From Octopus vulgaris (Eukaryota), in NCBI GenBank assembly GCA_951406725.2, contig OX597840.1, forward strand, positions 39,246,001 through 39,310,000: a stretch of 64,000 bases of DNA, read 5' to 3'. Below are positions 1 to 13,628 of this stretch, one piece after another. Each line of letters starts with the position of its first letter. Positions within the stretch are counted from its first letter, which is position 1. A program made the position numbers and the translations under genes. Under the pieces are notes generated by a model, which saw only the letters and a list, made by a program, of their open reading frames with translations, made no database searches and was not told where the DNA came from.

Positions 1-108
1 ATTTACCATTTTTTTCCATTTTTTTGCTATTTTTTGGCTATAACTCTCTAAAAATGCTTTATAGTTATTTCCCTTACAAACCTGAGCAACGCCGGGCGAT
101 ACTGCTAG
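1..108 (+). mobile_element. Non-autonomous Helitron, 3' end (runs off window start)
   Basis: Ends CCTGAGCAACGCCGGGCGATACTGCTAG|T: GC hairpin about 12 nt before a terminal CTAG followed by T. The same terminus occurs at 21795, 40597, 44815 and 48667. Confidence 0.75.
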
Positions 109-408
109 TCAGTCAATATTTCCGAGAGGAAAATAGAAAGTAAAAACGGAACATACGAAGCATGGACTGAAAAGTTCCTAACACATTTCTCTCTCCCTCT
201 CTCTTTCTTTTTTCTTTCTTTCTTTCTCTCCCCAGTCCTCTTTCTTTTACACCTTCTGCTGAAGTTCAACTGCCCGAAACGTTGTATTGTAAAATTCACA
301 CAGACAATCTATTCCTTGAAATGTATACTGCTGCCGTTTAAAATCTAGGAATTTATTATTTTTCGTTTCCACTTTTTCGAGATCAGTGACTTTTCATCAC
401 TGGAAATA

Positions 409-451
<43 letters not shown>

Positions 452-455
<4 letters not shown>

Positions 456-670
456 TGTAAACAAGAGAGACAGAGAAAGGCAGAAACAAGGAAAATGCCA
501 CTTATATTTGAACACTATGCAATTATTCTTTTAGAAAAAAACTTTTCTTTTAATTTTTCTAAATTTAATTATTTAATAGTTACAGTTGAAAAGGTCTCAA
601 ATGACTGAAACCGGTACTGAAATGTTCGTTATAAAATTATTTTAGCATTTCTATCTTGACATGTTTTTTC
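452..670 (+). mobile_element. Penelope-like element 3' end (5'-truncated) in (TA)n
   Basis: Reverse-complement match to about 55137-55350, the 3' end of the RT+GIY-YIG element; flanked by (TA)n on both sides. Confidence 0.8.
583..619 (+). ncRNA. Minimal type I hammerhead ribozyme motif, U3-A8 variant
   Basis: CAG-TTGAAAA-GGTC(tcaaat)GACT-GAAAC-CG-GTA-CTG: stem I, variant core, stem II, GAAA, palindromic stem III, GUA triplet. Confidence 0.65.
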
Positions 671-720
<50 letters not shown>

Positions 721-777
721 ATATATATATGTATATATATATATATGTATGTATATATATATATATGTATGTATATA

Positions 778-823
<46 letters not shown>

Positions 824-1639
824 TATTATCTCCCATCGCGAACCGGTGATTGTCACACGCTGATTTCGGGTCAATATATATATACGCATGTATGTATTAA
901 TATGTGTCTGTGTGCAGAAATTTACATTTTATTGTCAGTACTAAGTCAATTTATAATCGGTTGCTTCAAAACTGATTCTTCTTCGTCTTCACTTCCCACG
1001 TCTCTTCTCTCGCATACTTAGCTACCCACGACTTAGATTCCTGTTTCAATATGGCGATTAAAGAAACTAAGTTTTGCAACATCAAATCATTAGATAATTG
1101 AAACACACCTTTCTCGCCATTTATTTCTTCATTTCGTTTCCTATCCTTATCATTTTCAAAACTGCATACGTCAGTAGCACACTGCGATTTGGCATTATAT
1201 AACTGTTTTTCTCTTTTTAGAAACAAGACATGGTATATAAAATTCTATACGATAAGTTTAAACAGATTTAAGTTTTCGATTAGTCTCTACCATATCTAAT
1301 TAGTTTCGGCCATACCTAATTTACCTATTTTTCATTTTGATTTTCTTCGAATTTTTAATTTTAGTACATCTTTCTTTTACATGTATCCGTTTACCGCTTG
1401 CTCATCGTATCCACGTTTTACTCCAATGAGAATTCCATGGACACCAAATAATCAAATTAATAGTTTATTTACATCTGCTAATATTCGATATATACACAGA
1501 CATGACAGAAGTAAATAGACACACCATTCCCCTTGAGACATCGTTTTATGTATATTTTAACTTGTAATGGTTTATATTCTTAATTAATTCCCATATTTGT
1601 TCCGGGTTCTATATGTGACTGTTTATTCATGCCATGTAG

Positions 1640-1895
1640 AAGAAAAAAGCATTGGATCTATCTCTCTGTTTCAAAGAGGCCGTATTGCGGATCATTCTGA
1701 AGGTGGGTTTAGTCAACGTAAAATCGCAGAAAACCTTGTGGTCCCGATTTCTATAATTAATAGAGTGGTTGTGCGATTCACCAGAGAGGAAAAGGACTCC
1801 ACATCACCTTACCCAGATCTAACAGAGCCCTTTGCCAGGTCACTTCTCTTTGCAAAGCGAAGTTTGGAGGATAATCCTCGTTGCAAGTCATCTGA
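1640..1895 (+). pseudogene. Tc1/mariner transposase N-terminal HTH fragment
   Basis: [39 protein letters not shown]...EDNPR resembles the Tc1 paired-like HTH; truncated. Confidence 0.7.
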
Positions 1896-2200
1896 TTAAT
1901 TCCGAAACGCGCGTCCGTAGGCAACTTAATATAGAATGACTTTCGTCATTTCTTTCTCTTTTACCTGCGTGGTTTGTTCTTGAGTGCTTTGGTTTTGCTG
2001 GGATCTCCCTTTAAAGTAGGAGGAATAGCTAAGACTTTTTGACTGCTATTTCTAAATTCGGTGTGTGGTGAGGCAAATCGTTGCTGAACCCTAATTATTT
2101 AGTACTACTTAAACTTACCATGAATTGGTCTTTTACATGCCGAATTCTACTTAGTGAAATTACTGATTTCTTCTTAATTAATTAATTTCACCCTTTGTTA
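1896..2200 (+). mobile_element. Probable Penelope-like 3' end with half hammerhead motif
   Basis: Starts with GAAACGCGCGTC (GAAA + palindromic stem III + GUC), interrupts the Tc1 fragment and ends in (TA)n. Confidence 0.4.
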
Positions 2201-2201
2201 T

Positions 2202-2281
<80 letters not shown>

Positions 2282-2398
2282 TACGTATATATACACAGAT
2301 ACGTATTTATGTCGAGAGAGAAATAGATAGATAGATAGATATGTATATACACACACATGAAAACACAGAGGCACACACGCATACACACGCACACACAC

Positions 2399-2453
<55 letters not shown>

Positions 2454-2726
2454 AAGACCCTGAATCATTTTGACACCTGCTTCGCAGAATGAGGTGCTTT
2501 TCCCAGTGTTTATAGGTAGTAACGTGTAATCTTTACATTACTCCACGCACACGCATGCGCAAACACATATAAGAACAGACATACGGTGACAAAGACTTTA
2601 CCTCTCTCACTTTGCATATATGTGTGTATACATGTGTGTGTCTGTGTGTGTGTATAGAGATAGATAGATTGCATGTACGCACACACATACACGCATGCAC
2701 GACACACATTTATATAATATACATAC

Positions 2727-2797
<71 letters not shown>

Positions 2798-3337
2798 TAT
2801 ATACCCGAATAGGTTTATGAGAGAGCACATTCATACGAGTACACATACTTTGTTTGTGTGCAGCTCTGCAAATTCTAAATACATTATGGCACCGTTAATG
2901 AAACTACTGAACAATGTATTGTAAACGTTTTCTCACACCGTACGAGCTGTCTTTCTCCATGGAACATTCAGTAAAGATGCATTTAGTTAAATTCCCTCGC
3001 AGCCAACGAACGCATTTTACCAATTGTAAAGCCAGATGTGTTAAATACATGAAGCTACATTCAATTGAGTTTGCTTAAAAAGAAATATTTCCATATTAAC
3101 ATTTTCAACAGGAGAAAGGAAAAAAAAAACACAAAAACAACAAAAATAACAACTTTCCTCTAAAATGGTAATTTCATAAATAAGAATTGCGAAATCATTA
3201 GCAGCAGCTGCTGCCACGGTTGTAGCGGCTCTGAGAACAATAAACGCATCGTCATAACAACAGCGTAAACAATGCTACAACAACACCAAACAACAAAAGC
3301 TACATGCAATAATGTACATATATACATATACAAATAT

Positions 3338-3359
<22 letters not shown>

Positions 3360-3384
<25 letters not shown>

Positions 3385-3601
3385 AGTTCTTATATATATA
3401 TATATACATATATATATATGTATATATGTATGAGTTCTTATATATATATATAATATGTATATATATATATACATGAATATATATGCATGTATGAGTCCAT
3501 ATATATATATATATACACATATATATACATGAATATATATGCATGTATGAGTCCATATATATATATATATATACATGAATATATATGCATGTATGAGTTC
3601 T

Positions 3602-3632
<31 letters not shown>

Positions 3633-3672
3633 CATGAATATATATGCATGTATGAGTCCATATATATATATA
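3360..3672. repeat. Minisatellite built on (TA)n
   Basis: CATGAATATATATGCATGTATGAGT(CC/TC) occurs four times, and GTATGAGTTCTT twice more upstream, separated by variable TA runs. Confidence 0.85.
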
Positions 3673-4416
3673 TGTATGCATGTATGTATGTATGTATGTA
3701 TATATATACACGTATGTATATGTGTGTGTTCGTCGTGCGTGTGTGTTTGTTTGCGTGTGCACGTAGCAATAAATGTCAACTGCGATGAACAAAAATAAAA
3801 GAACGTTCGTGTTTGTGCCGTTGGTTGATTGTGCTCGTGATGACGACTCTGGTGCTGACGACGAAGATGAGGCTGACCCGAGCGACGATGGCGACGACGA
3901 CGTTCCGATGTTGACGATGACGATGACGACGAAGAAACCGAAAAGAAATTCAAAAGTTCTCAAGCGAAAGCAGCCTCTAGTTCACAACTGTACTGTTGTT
4001 GTCGTTGTTGTTGTGGTTGTTGTTGTTGTAGTTTTTCTTGTTATTTGTGTTTGATGTTTGTTTTCGTCTCTATTTTATTTTTTGTTATACCTTATCCCAT
4101 TAATGCGTGAAGGTGATGAGTATCTGTTCTTAATCCGTTCGTAGCACTGCTTACTGTACGCATAATCGAATCGCCTTCTAGATGCTTCTAAACATATATA
4201 CAAGTACACGGCACTGTTCACTTTGACGTATGAAGAGGTTAAATATGAACGAAACATGGCAACGGTTGTCACCCTTTGCCGCCTATTACCAGCCACTTCA
4301 TTCCCCACATTTAATTTAGAATTTGGATTTCGAAACTTACTCCCTTGCATTTTTTACAAGAATTAGCCATAAGACAGTTATAATTCATGCTATACACTTC
4401 AGTCATATTTTCAATA

Positions 4417-4794
4417 AGGTGGAGGTGCAATGGCCCAGTGGTTGCAGAAGCGGACTCACGGTCGTAGGATTGCGCTTTCGAATCCCAGACCGGGCGTTGT
4501 GAGTGTTTATTGAGAGAAAACACCTAAAGCTCCACGAGATGTCGAATCCTGCTGTACTCTTTCACCACAACATTCTCTCTCTCTTTCTTCCAGTTTCTGT
4601 TGTACCTGTATTTCAAAGGTCCAGGCTTGTCAAACTCTGCGTCACGCTGAATCTCCCCGAGAACCGAGAACTACGTTAAAGATAAACATGCCTGTGGAGT
4701 GCTCAGCCACTTGCACGTTAATTTCATGAGCAGGCTGTTCAGTTGACCGGATAAACTGGAACCCTCGATGTCGTAACTGACGTAGTGCCGCGTT
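4417..4794 (+). mobile_element. tRNA-derived SINE, family A
   Basis: A box TGGCCCAGTGG and B-box-like TTCGAATCC; 11-bp TSD TATTTTCAATA (4406-4416, 4795-4805); homologous to 28244-28598. Confidence 0.85.
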
Positions 4795-5373
4795 TATTTT
4801 CAATACCCAATTAAACTTCTAGGGGTCGGTCATGACATTTGGAATGTTAACCTGAAATTCATGATAGAGACACGTTGCAGCACCAAGCAACAGAAGCAAT
4901 ACCGATGATACAGTTGAACGGATCGTTAGCCAGAACTACAAATTTCACTAATAGCAATCAAAAGACCAATACAACAAAATAAGAAAAATCACTGCTTACC
5001 ACATTCACCTACAAGCAATTGACTAATTATCATAATCTCTGACAGCAATGTATTAATTAATGTCAGCTTCACATTAAATATGTTTTAAAAATATATTCTT
5101 AAAACATCACATACATCATAATCACAAAATTGAGGTCCAATTTTTTTCAAATGAAAACGCCAAGAAAAATATTTGAAAAATTTTCTAAAAGAGTATGTTT
5201 TTAGTTATGACCCTTAAATACATAATAAGGGACTCGTTAGTTCACGATAATCTTTATTCCTTTGGCGCAAAGTCGATAGTTTTTCATTTTACAATGAGGC
5301 TCCAAGTAATCTGGGCGTATCGTCGACGAATTATTGTCGGGGAAATGCTATCAGCATATTTTTACATATATGC

Positions 5374-5418
<45 letters not shown>

Positions 5419-6270
5419 AAGCTGTGTATTTGTGTATCAAATAGCTAACTTAAGGCGATGGCCTCATGGAGCTAATAAGCGGACAGCTTTATTCTTATTT
5501 TTATAAGAATGCCATATTAGTATGGCGATAACTATTATATATATATATATATATATATCAGAAAGAGGCCAAATATATATACGCCTCTCCACTCCTCCGT
5601 TCCCTCTCTCTCTCGCTCTTCCTCCCTGACTCTGTCGTTGCTCAAACGTGACCAACGGCTATCTATTTTTCTTCCTTCTACTACCTTCCTAAAAACAAGA
5701 CGTGCTTTTGCCTGTCTCTTCTCAAAGCTAGTTTTCCCAGCGTTCACCACTTTATCTGGTTATGGCTCAACAGCCCTCAACGTTTGTGTTTACTGTTTTG
5801 TTCTAACTGCCATGTTTTTGTTACAACTTTAACCCTCCACAAAAGTCCCAAATTTTATTTAATTTGCTTTGCGGGAAGGACTGTTTTAACGAATTCCCTC
5901 TCTTTGAAACGGGGAATAGATAAAACAGGGGACAAATGATGAGGGGGGGGTCCTTTAGGTTGCCTGTCTCGTTTCTCTATTTGTTTCTTTCGTTGTTCGA
6001 AAAAAAAGTTCGTTTTCTATGATTTTGTTCTTTATGTCCTCATTTCTCACTTTTGTTCACGTTTGTTTGACATCCTGTACCCATATATGCATGTATATAT
6101 GCACATATATGTAGGCATGTACATGTGTGTATATATATATGCATATATACATATATACATATATATATATATGCATATATATATATAATTATATTTATAT
6201 ATTTATATATTATTTATATTATATGATCGAACGCCACGCTTCCATTTCCAAGTAGATATATATATATATA

Positions 6271-6301
<31 letters not shown>

Positions 6302-7301
6302 CTGTGTTTGTGTGTGTGTGTGTGTGTGAGCGTGTGTGTGTGTGTGTTTATGATTTTGTTTTGCAAAGCTCACGATTTGAAATCGTGTGTTGAAATATAT
6401 TTTATTTCGAGTTGCTCTTTCTTCTTATAAACACAAAATGTGATGAAGTCATCGATTAAAATATGTTTTCAAATTAAAATATGGAATGGTTTCTTTTTCG
6501 AAGAATTCACAAAGCGTATTTCTTGTTGATCTTCCAAACCTAAATCCTCCAGTGTTCTTCACATTTGACTTATGATGGCAACTTCACAAGATTCCTGATG
6601 TCATTTTGTTTGTTTTTCTTCGTTGTAATAAAAATCAATTATACGTGAACTCTGTCTTGAAACCGTGACGCTGTCTTCAAGATTACCTCTGCACTGATGC
6701 ATCATACATCAAAGATGATTCACCATTTTGTAAATGGTTGATTCAAACAAAGGCACTCAGTGCATTAATGTTTCTAAATCGAAATTGTTCCAGGCTTCAT
6801 AACAGTCTACAAGCTGTGCGAAGGTACACCAATGAGATTGACATACAACACACGGCTTTTAAAATACCGCAAAAATAGAAGAAAGAAAAAAAAGAGATAA
6901 AACGAGGCTAATTAAATTTCTCACTTAATGAATCATTAAATTTTACTCCTTTCACTCTGGTATTAATGATATAGTTGTTACTGGAAAAATTCATCAAATT
7001 TCTTCTCTAAAGAAACCTGTTGTATTCATTAGTGATCTATTAATATTGATTTCCTGTGCGTTTGCATCGGGGATCAAATTATATATGACGTAGAGAAATA
7101 ATGAGAAGAGAGAAACTAGCTTGGCTTCAAAATGTCGTGTTCGGGTTTTTGTTAGATTTATCACTGTTAATTGAAGAATGTCTTTTTTTGTTCTGTGTTT
7201 CTTTTAGTAAATTATCTCAAGGGTAACGCTAATGCTAAAATTATAGTTTCCGTATTTTATATTATAGGTGTAAGGGCCCTTTAGTGTGTAATATTTTTAT
7301 A

Positions 7302-7695
7302 GGTACAGGCATGGCTTTGTGGTTGGAAAGATCTTTTTTGCAGCCTCACGGTTTCGGGTTCAGTTCCACTTCGTGCCACATTGACCATTTGTTCTATTAT
7401 AGCACTGAGCTGAGAATTACTTTGTGAGTGACTTTAGGCAAGCGGAAACTGTGTGTAAGCCCGTCGTATACTTAAATGCATATGTATGATCATATGTGTG
7501 TGTGTCTGTGTGTGAATGTGTGTGTGTGTGTTTGTGTGTGCGCTTGCACACTACGACCACTTGATGACTGGTGTTGTTTAGTTTACGTCCCGGTAACTTA
7601 GCGGTTTCGGCAAGAGTCCGAAAGAAGAATAACAAACCATTCAAATTCGTACTGTGGTTGATTTGTTTGAGTAAACCTCTGAGGCAAAGATGGCG
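7302..7695 (+). mobile_element. tRNA-derived SINE, family B, decayed
   Basis: Diverged match to 59398-59806, including the internal TA/TG microsatellite. Confidence 0.75.
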
Positions 7696-8259
7696 TAAAA
7701 TGAACGGAAGAAGGAAAAGATGGAAGATATAAGAAGATATGTTTATGCGTAAACATTGCCTCTGCCAAGGGTCACTTTAAAAATGAGAAACACAAAATAT
7801 TCAGAATTCAGTGTAAATCTGGACAGACTCGAATGAATTACTTCTCTAAACGTAATTCTTCATCCGAGGCCTAGAATTGAATTATGTTTTATTTTCGCTG
7901 GTTTTTTTTTTTTTTACTGAGAACTTTTGTAGATTTCTCTCCTGTTAATTCATTCGCAAATGAAACTTGAGATCCTAAAGAACTGGTCACCAATAATATC
8001 ACTGCAAATATTATCTTTACATTTTTAAGGTCCCCAGATGGTTTTGGGGGTTGTGATATCGTGCCTCAGCCTGTGTCTATTCCACTTGTCGACCACCTTC
8101 GGTTAGGGATTATATACCGAATTCTAAATTTCAAAATGCAAACTTGACATTCAAAACATTTTTGATGTCAGTGTGCAAAGCTCAGCAAAAACAACCGATG
8201 TCTAAAGTTCATACTAAATCACTTGTAATTGATATAATTATTACTGTCATAATCACCAA

Positions 8260-8430
8260 CATCATCATCATCATCATCATCGTCGTCGTCATTCTTCATC
8301 ATCATCGTCGTCGTCGTCGTTATCATCATATTCACCATCGTCATCATCATCATCATCATCATCGTCATCATCGCCATCATCATCATCATCATTATAATTC
8401 TTATTATTGTTATTATTACGTTTGTTATTA
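8260..8430. repeat. (CAT/CGT)n then (TAT)n microsatellite
   Basis: Directly visible. Confidence 0.9.
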
Positions 8431-8433
8431 CGA

Positions 8434-8740
8434 AGGCTGCGAACTGGCAGAATCATTAGCACGCCGGGTGAAAATGTTTAGTAGTATTTCACCTGAGCGT
8501 TTTGTGTTCAAATTCTGCGAGGTCGACTTACCTTTTATCCTTTCAGATTGGATAAAATAAAGATCAGTTGAATCCTGGGGGGGTCACTGTAATAATGTTC
8601 CCTTTCCTGGAAATTGCTGCCATTCAGCAATAATTTGAACTGGCTGAATAGTTAGCACGCTAGGTTAAATGCTTGACAGCATTTACGTTCTGCGTTCAAA
8701 TCCCGCCGAGGTCAGTAAAATGAGTGCCAGACAAGCACTG
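8434..8740 (+). mobile_element. Two decayed family C (Nin-domain-like) SINE copies
   Basis: CTGGCAGAATCATTAGCACGCCGGG...TTCAAATTC...GAGGTC motif occurs twice. Confidence 0.7.
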
Positions 8741-8741
8741 G

Positions 8742-9215
8742 CATGCAACATCAGCTATATAGCATATGTGGTGCACCTTCTCCACCACCACTGGGTCTGG
8801 TATTTTATGCTCTAGCACCTGATCTTTTTGGATTGGGAAATCACAGAAGATTTTGCTAGTCTCCGACCCTGCCACTCTCTGCGGTCTGTGCTCCTGCCAC
8901 GTCTTGTCTCTCTCTAGTTCCCACTTTTCGCAGTTTCCAATGTAGCATTTTCGCTACATGGTTGTGTCGCTACAACTTGTACTGGTTTAGGGCACGTTTA
9001 GGGCAGCCGTTCGTAATATGGCCAATGGTTTCATATACTCTATGGCACAGTAGAGACACAGCGGAGACACTTGCATATTCCTAAGTTTGACTCTCCAGTT
9101 CGTGTCCAAAGCTGGCTCATGCGCTGCCAGGATAGCGCTTTCCGTTTCTTTTTTACAGCTCTGCTAATGCTTCGCCGTTTTTGGCAAACAGCTTTAGGGC
9201 AAGCATATAGAGTTG
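8742..9215 (-). mobile_element. R4/Dong-like RLE retrotransposon fragment (zinc knuckle + start of RLE), decayed
   Basis: Minus-strand translation KKETESAILAAHEPALDTN...CLYC...ETIGHITNGC...RHNHVAKMLHWKL...IPDPVVV, with stops and frameshifts. Confidence 0.75.
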
Positions 9216-9218
9216 ATA

Positions 9219-9278
<60 letters not shown>

Positions 9279-9280
<2 letters not shown>

Positions 9281-10005
9281 GTTTCACATTTGATTTGTAT
9301 TTGTACAAGTTGGCTCCAACTCTCACCCAGAGACCTCAAGAGACAACAAGTTAGAAGTTCATGTTGTTGTCATGCCTAGGGTGCCATATATTTGGTTTTG
9401 TACAGAGGATTGTTTTCGAGAATTTTTAAGAAAACATAAGAAAATTATGAGTTTGCTTTAAAATTTGAGATTGCATAGACAGTATTTTGCGTAGTTCCCA
9501 TGAGCACTGTCTTTTGAATTTCTGCCATTTTGAGGTTTCCTGGTATCTGAGCTAGTGAGGAATCACACCTTTTTGCTATCATTCCTAGCGCACCTATTGC
9601 AACAGGTATTGTTTTAGTCTTCAGGTTCCACATTTTGCTAGTTTCTATTTCAAGTTCTTTATATTTACTCAGTTTTTGGTAGGTCTTGACAGATACGTTT
9701 ATATCGATTGGGACAGTCACATCAATGAGGAGGCATGATTTTTGTCTGAAGTCTTTCAATATAATATCAGGTTTATTTGCATCTATCTTTCTCTCAGTTT
9801 GAATGGTGAATTCCCAGAGGAGTGAGATGTGATAGTTTCAAGTACTAGGAGTGGTTTGTATCCCTACCAATTTTTATCATGGAGCAGATGCAGGCTTTCG
9901 CAAATTACCCAGTGAATATAGAGTGCTGCTCTGCCATGCCTGTTGAGATACTCTGTAGGCGCAAGAAAACTGCACATGGAGACGACATGATCAATGGTTT
10001 TATTT
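9279..10005 (-). mobile_element. R4/Dong-like retrotransposon 3' fragment (RLE + 3' UTR), distinct subfamily
   Basis: ORF 9445-9759 CLLIDVTVP...KLSKYKELEIETSKMWNLK...IPVAIGALG; followed on the minus strand by a (TAA)n tail at 9217-9278. Confidence 0.85.
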
Positions 10006-10228
10006 GGTTGTATTATTATTATTATTTTTTACCCAAACACCTCAGACAAATGTATCATGAGTTCCTTCGTGTCGTTCAAGTGCAGTCTTCGCTTAAAGCA
10101 ATTTAATTTTTAATTGTTAAATATAACATTAAGAAACTTAGATGATTATGTAATTTTGAATAGATAATTTTACTGTATATTCATTTATATTGTTATTCTA
10201 TATTTTACTTTCGTCTATATGCGTATGC

Positions 10229-10297
<69 letters not shown>

Positions 10298-10442
10298 TTT
10301 GAAAAATAGCTTGGATGTATGTTATATTTAGTTAAGTTTCTTACTGTCGGCTATAAAGTACATTTCTTCAAAACTTTGTGAAGTCTGGAACTGAGAAGGA
10401 AAAAAAAAATACAAGACTGAAATTCGAAAACTAATTTATAAA

Positions 10443-10454
10443 GATGATGATGAC

Positions 10455-10494
<40 letters not shown>

Positions 10495-10584
10495 ATGATG
10501 ATGATTATGATGATGATGATGATGATGATTATGATGATGATGATGATGATGATGATGATTATGATGATGATGATGATGATGATT

Positions 10585-10656
<72 letters not shown>

Positions 10657-10671
10657 ATGATGATGATGATT

Positions 10672-10755
<84 letters not shown>

Positions 10756-10761
10756 ATGATG

Positions 10762-10811
<50 letters not shown>

Positions 10812-10947
10812 GGTGATGATGATGATTATGATGATCATGATCATGATCATGATGACGATGGTAATAATAATAATAATGTTGATTATGATGATGATGCTGA
10901 TGATGATCATGATGATAATAATAATAATAATAATGATAATAATAATG

Positions 10948-11006
<59 letters not shown>

Positions 11007-11052
11007 AAGAAGAAGAAGAAGAAGAAGAAGAAGATTAATAATAATAATAATA
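10443..11052. repeat. Compound microsatellite (GAT)n / (AAT)n / (GAA)n
   Basis: About 460 bp of (GAT)n with interspersed TAT units, then AAT and GAA runs. Confidence 0.95.
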
Positions 11053-11429
11053 TTGGTGAAAATAATTTATAATGAACTTGTAAAATCAAGGAAAGAATAA
11101 TGTTAAAAACTAAAAAAAAAGGTATAATTATCATAATACTTGTCAGCGTCTTCTTCGTTTGATGCAATTATAGACGAACTTTCTTCTGGAGAGACGAATT
11201 TCTACAAAAAATAAATAAATAAATGAATAAATGAATAGGTGAAAGAAATAACAACGCCATAACATTTTGTTTTGAAATCCGAAAAATATCAAGTAAAAAA
11301 AAATTTTAAAAATAAATATTATAATAAAACGAAGAAAAAAATAATTTAAAACTTTTACCAAATGTTGTGACTCCAACGAGAAATGCTGAGAGAAAAAAAT
11401 GGCTGACATACAACATAAAACATCAGCAA

Positions 11430-11886
11430 TGATCATAATCATTTGCGTCATCGTCATCATAATTATCATAGACATCAACATCGTCACCATAATCATCATC
11501 ATCATCATCATCTTCTCATAACCATCATCATCGTTGTCGTCGTCGACTTCGTCTTCATCATCATCATCATTATCATCATCATCATCATCATCATCATCAC
11601 CATCCTCATCTTTTCATAATCATCATCATCATCGTCGTCGTGGTCCACTTCGTCTTCGTCATCATCATCATCATCATCATCGTCGTCGTCGTCATCATCA
11701 TCGACTTCGTCTTCGTCATCATCATGATTATCATCATCGTCATCTTCTCATAATCATCATCATCAACATCGTCGTCGTCGTCGACTTCGTCTTCGTCATC
11801 ATCATCCCAGTCATCATCATCATCGTCATCATAGTTATCATCACAATCATCATCCTCATCATTATCGTCATCATCATCATCATCCT

Positions 11887-11917
<31 letters not shown>

Positions 11918-11955
11918 AGCGTCTCGGTGCATTGACATCATTGTCATCATCATTG
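11430..11955. repeat. Degenerate (CAT/CGT)n microsatellite
   Basis: Directly visible; internal repeats of (CG)ACTTCGTCTTCGTCATC. Confidence 0.9.
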
Positions 11956-12054
11956 TGGTCGGTACCATCACACAATCGTCCACCATAAGAAAGATAACCG
12001 TATTAATAATGATTTCAAATTTTGGAACGAGGGGAGCAATTTCGTGGGGTACAT

Positions 12055-12395
12055 GCCAGAGATCAGGAAGAAAAAAAAACACAATGCTTTCTAATCGATG
12101 TATCGATACCAACATATGGCAATGTTTCTCTGAAGGAAACGGACCAACTTTCAAAATGCAATGATCGGGAAATAGACGTGACTCGAATGGGAAGTCTAAG
12201 ACTAGAAATAATTCTTATCATAGTAGGTGCATTAGGCATGACAACAAAAAACATTCAGACAAATACATAACAAAAACACCAGGACTTTCAATACAGTGAA
12301 AATTAGAGCATCAGAACAAACCACAGCACATGCCCAAGGCACACAGAGCTGCGCTCGGTGGAGCAGTGAAAGCACGAGATAAGAATAAGACTACA
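12055..12395 (+). mobile_element. R4/Dong-like copy 1 (old, diverged 3' fragment)
   Basis: RDQEEKK..CFLIDVSIP; 3' UTR homologous to the other array copies; TAA tail. Confidence 0.85.
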
Positions 12396-12412
12396 TAATA
12401 ATAATGATGATG

Positions 12413-12449
<37 letters not shown>

Positions 12450-12497
12450 TAATAATAATAATAATAATAGTAATAAAAATGATAATAATAATAATAA

Positions 12498-12528
<31 letters not shown>

Positions 12529-12585
12529 AAGAAGAAAGAAGAAGAAGAAGAAGAAGAAGAAGAAGAAGAAGAAGAAGAAGAAGAA

Positions 12586-13466
12586 GAACCATGATAAAAC
12601 GATGGCAAGAAAAACCCCTCCAAGGTAAATACTGGACTAAACTAAATGCAAAAGAAATAGACAAAGAAAAATCCCAGCAATGGTTGAGAAGCTCAGGACT
12701 CAAAGCAGAGACAGAGGGATTTTTAATTGTAGCACAAGACCAAAGATTCCCCACCAGAAATTACCAAAAAACATATAATGAAAAGAAATATAACAAGTAA
12801 CTGCAGAATATGTGGAGATGGACAATAAACAATAAATCATATTATCTCTGGCTACCCAGTCCTGGCTAAGAAGGAATATATTCACAGACATGACAGAGTT
12901 GGAACCTACATACATTGGAAGCTATGCCAACATTATGGAATAACAACAGAAAAAAGATGGTATAGGCACACACCAGAAAAGGTCACAGAAAACGAGAAAG
13001 CAACCATACTCTGGGATATGCCGATACACACAGATAGAGAAATTAAGACCAACAGACCAGATATAGTTGTCAGAGATCATGAAGAAAAAAAATGCTTTCT
13101 AATTGATGTATCAATACCGGCAGATGACAACGTGTCTCTAAAAGAAATGGAGAAACTCTCAAAATACAAAGACCTGGAAATAGAGGTAACCAGAATGTGG
13201 AATCTAAAATCAGAAACAATTCCTATCATAGTAGGTGCATTAGGCATGATTAAAAAAATATTCAGACAAATACATAACAAAAACATCAGGACTTACAAAC
13301 ACATATAACATACAGAAAATTGCACTACTAGGCACTGCACACATACTACGCAGAACACTTTCCATACAATAACCACCAGAGCATCACAACAAATCACAGC
13401 ACATACCCAAGGCATACAGAGCTGCGCTCGGTAGTGAAGTGAAAGCACGCAATAAAAATAAAACTA

Positions 13467-13470
<4 letters not shown>
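12586..13470 (+). mobile_element. R4/Dong-like copy 2 (5'-truncated, with frameshift and stop)
   Basis: Matches about 17094-17980; CCHC region, RPD/IDVSIP RLE motifs, 3' UTR and (TAA)n tail at 13471-13628. Confidence 0.9.
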
Positions 13471-13534
<64 letters not shown>

Positions 13535-13538
13535 CAAC

Positions 13539-13624
<86 letters not shown>

Positions 13625-13628
13625 TAAT

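Noticed and set aside
966-1226. 86-aa non-repetitive minus-strand ORF as a possible exon
   Set aside because: No recognisable domain and no convincing splice sites.
3773-4350. Acidic ORF (DDDSGADDEDE) and the adjacent 91-aa ORF
   Set aside because: Consistent with a decayed GAC/GAT trinucleotide repeat and a chance ORF; no homology recognised.
5570-6090. Unique segment between TA tracts, possibly an element end
   Set aside because: No second copy in the window and no diagnostic motif.
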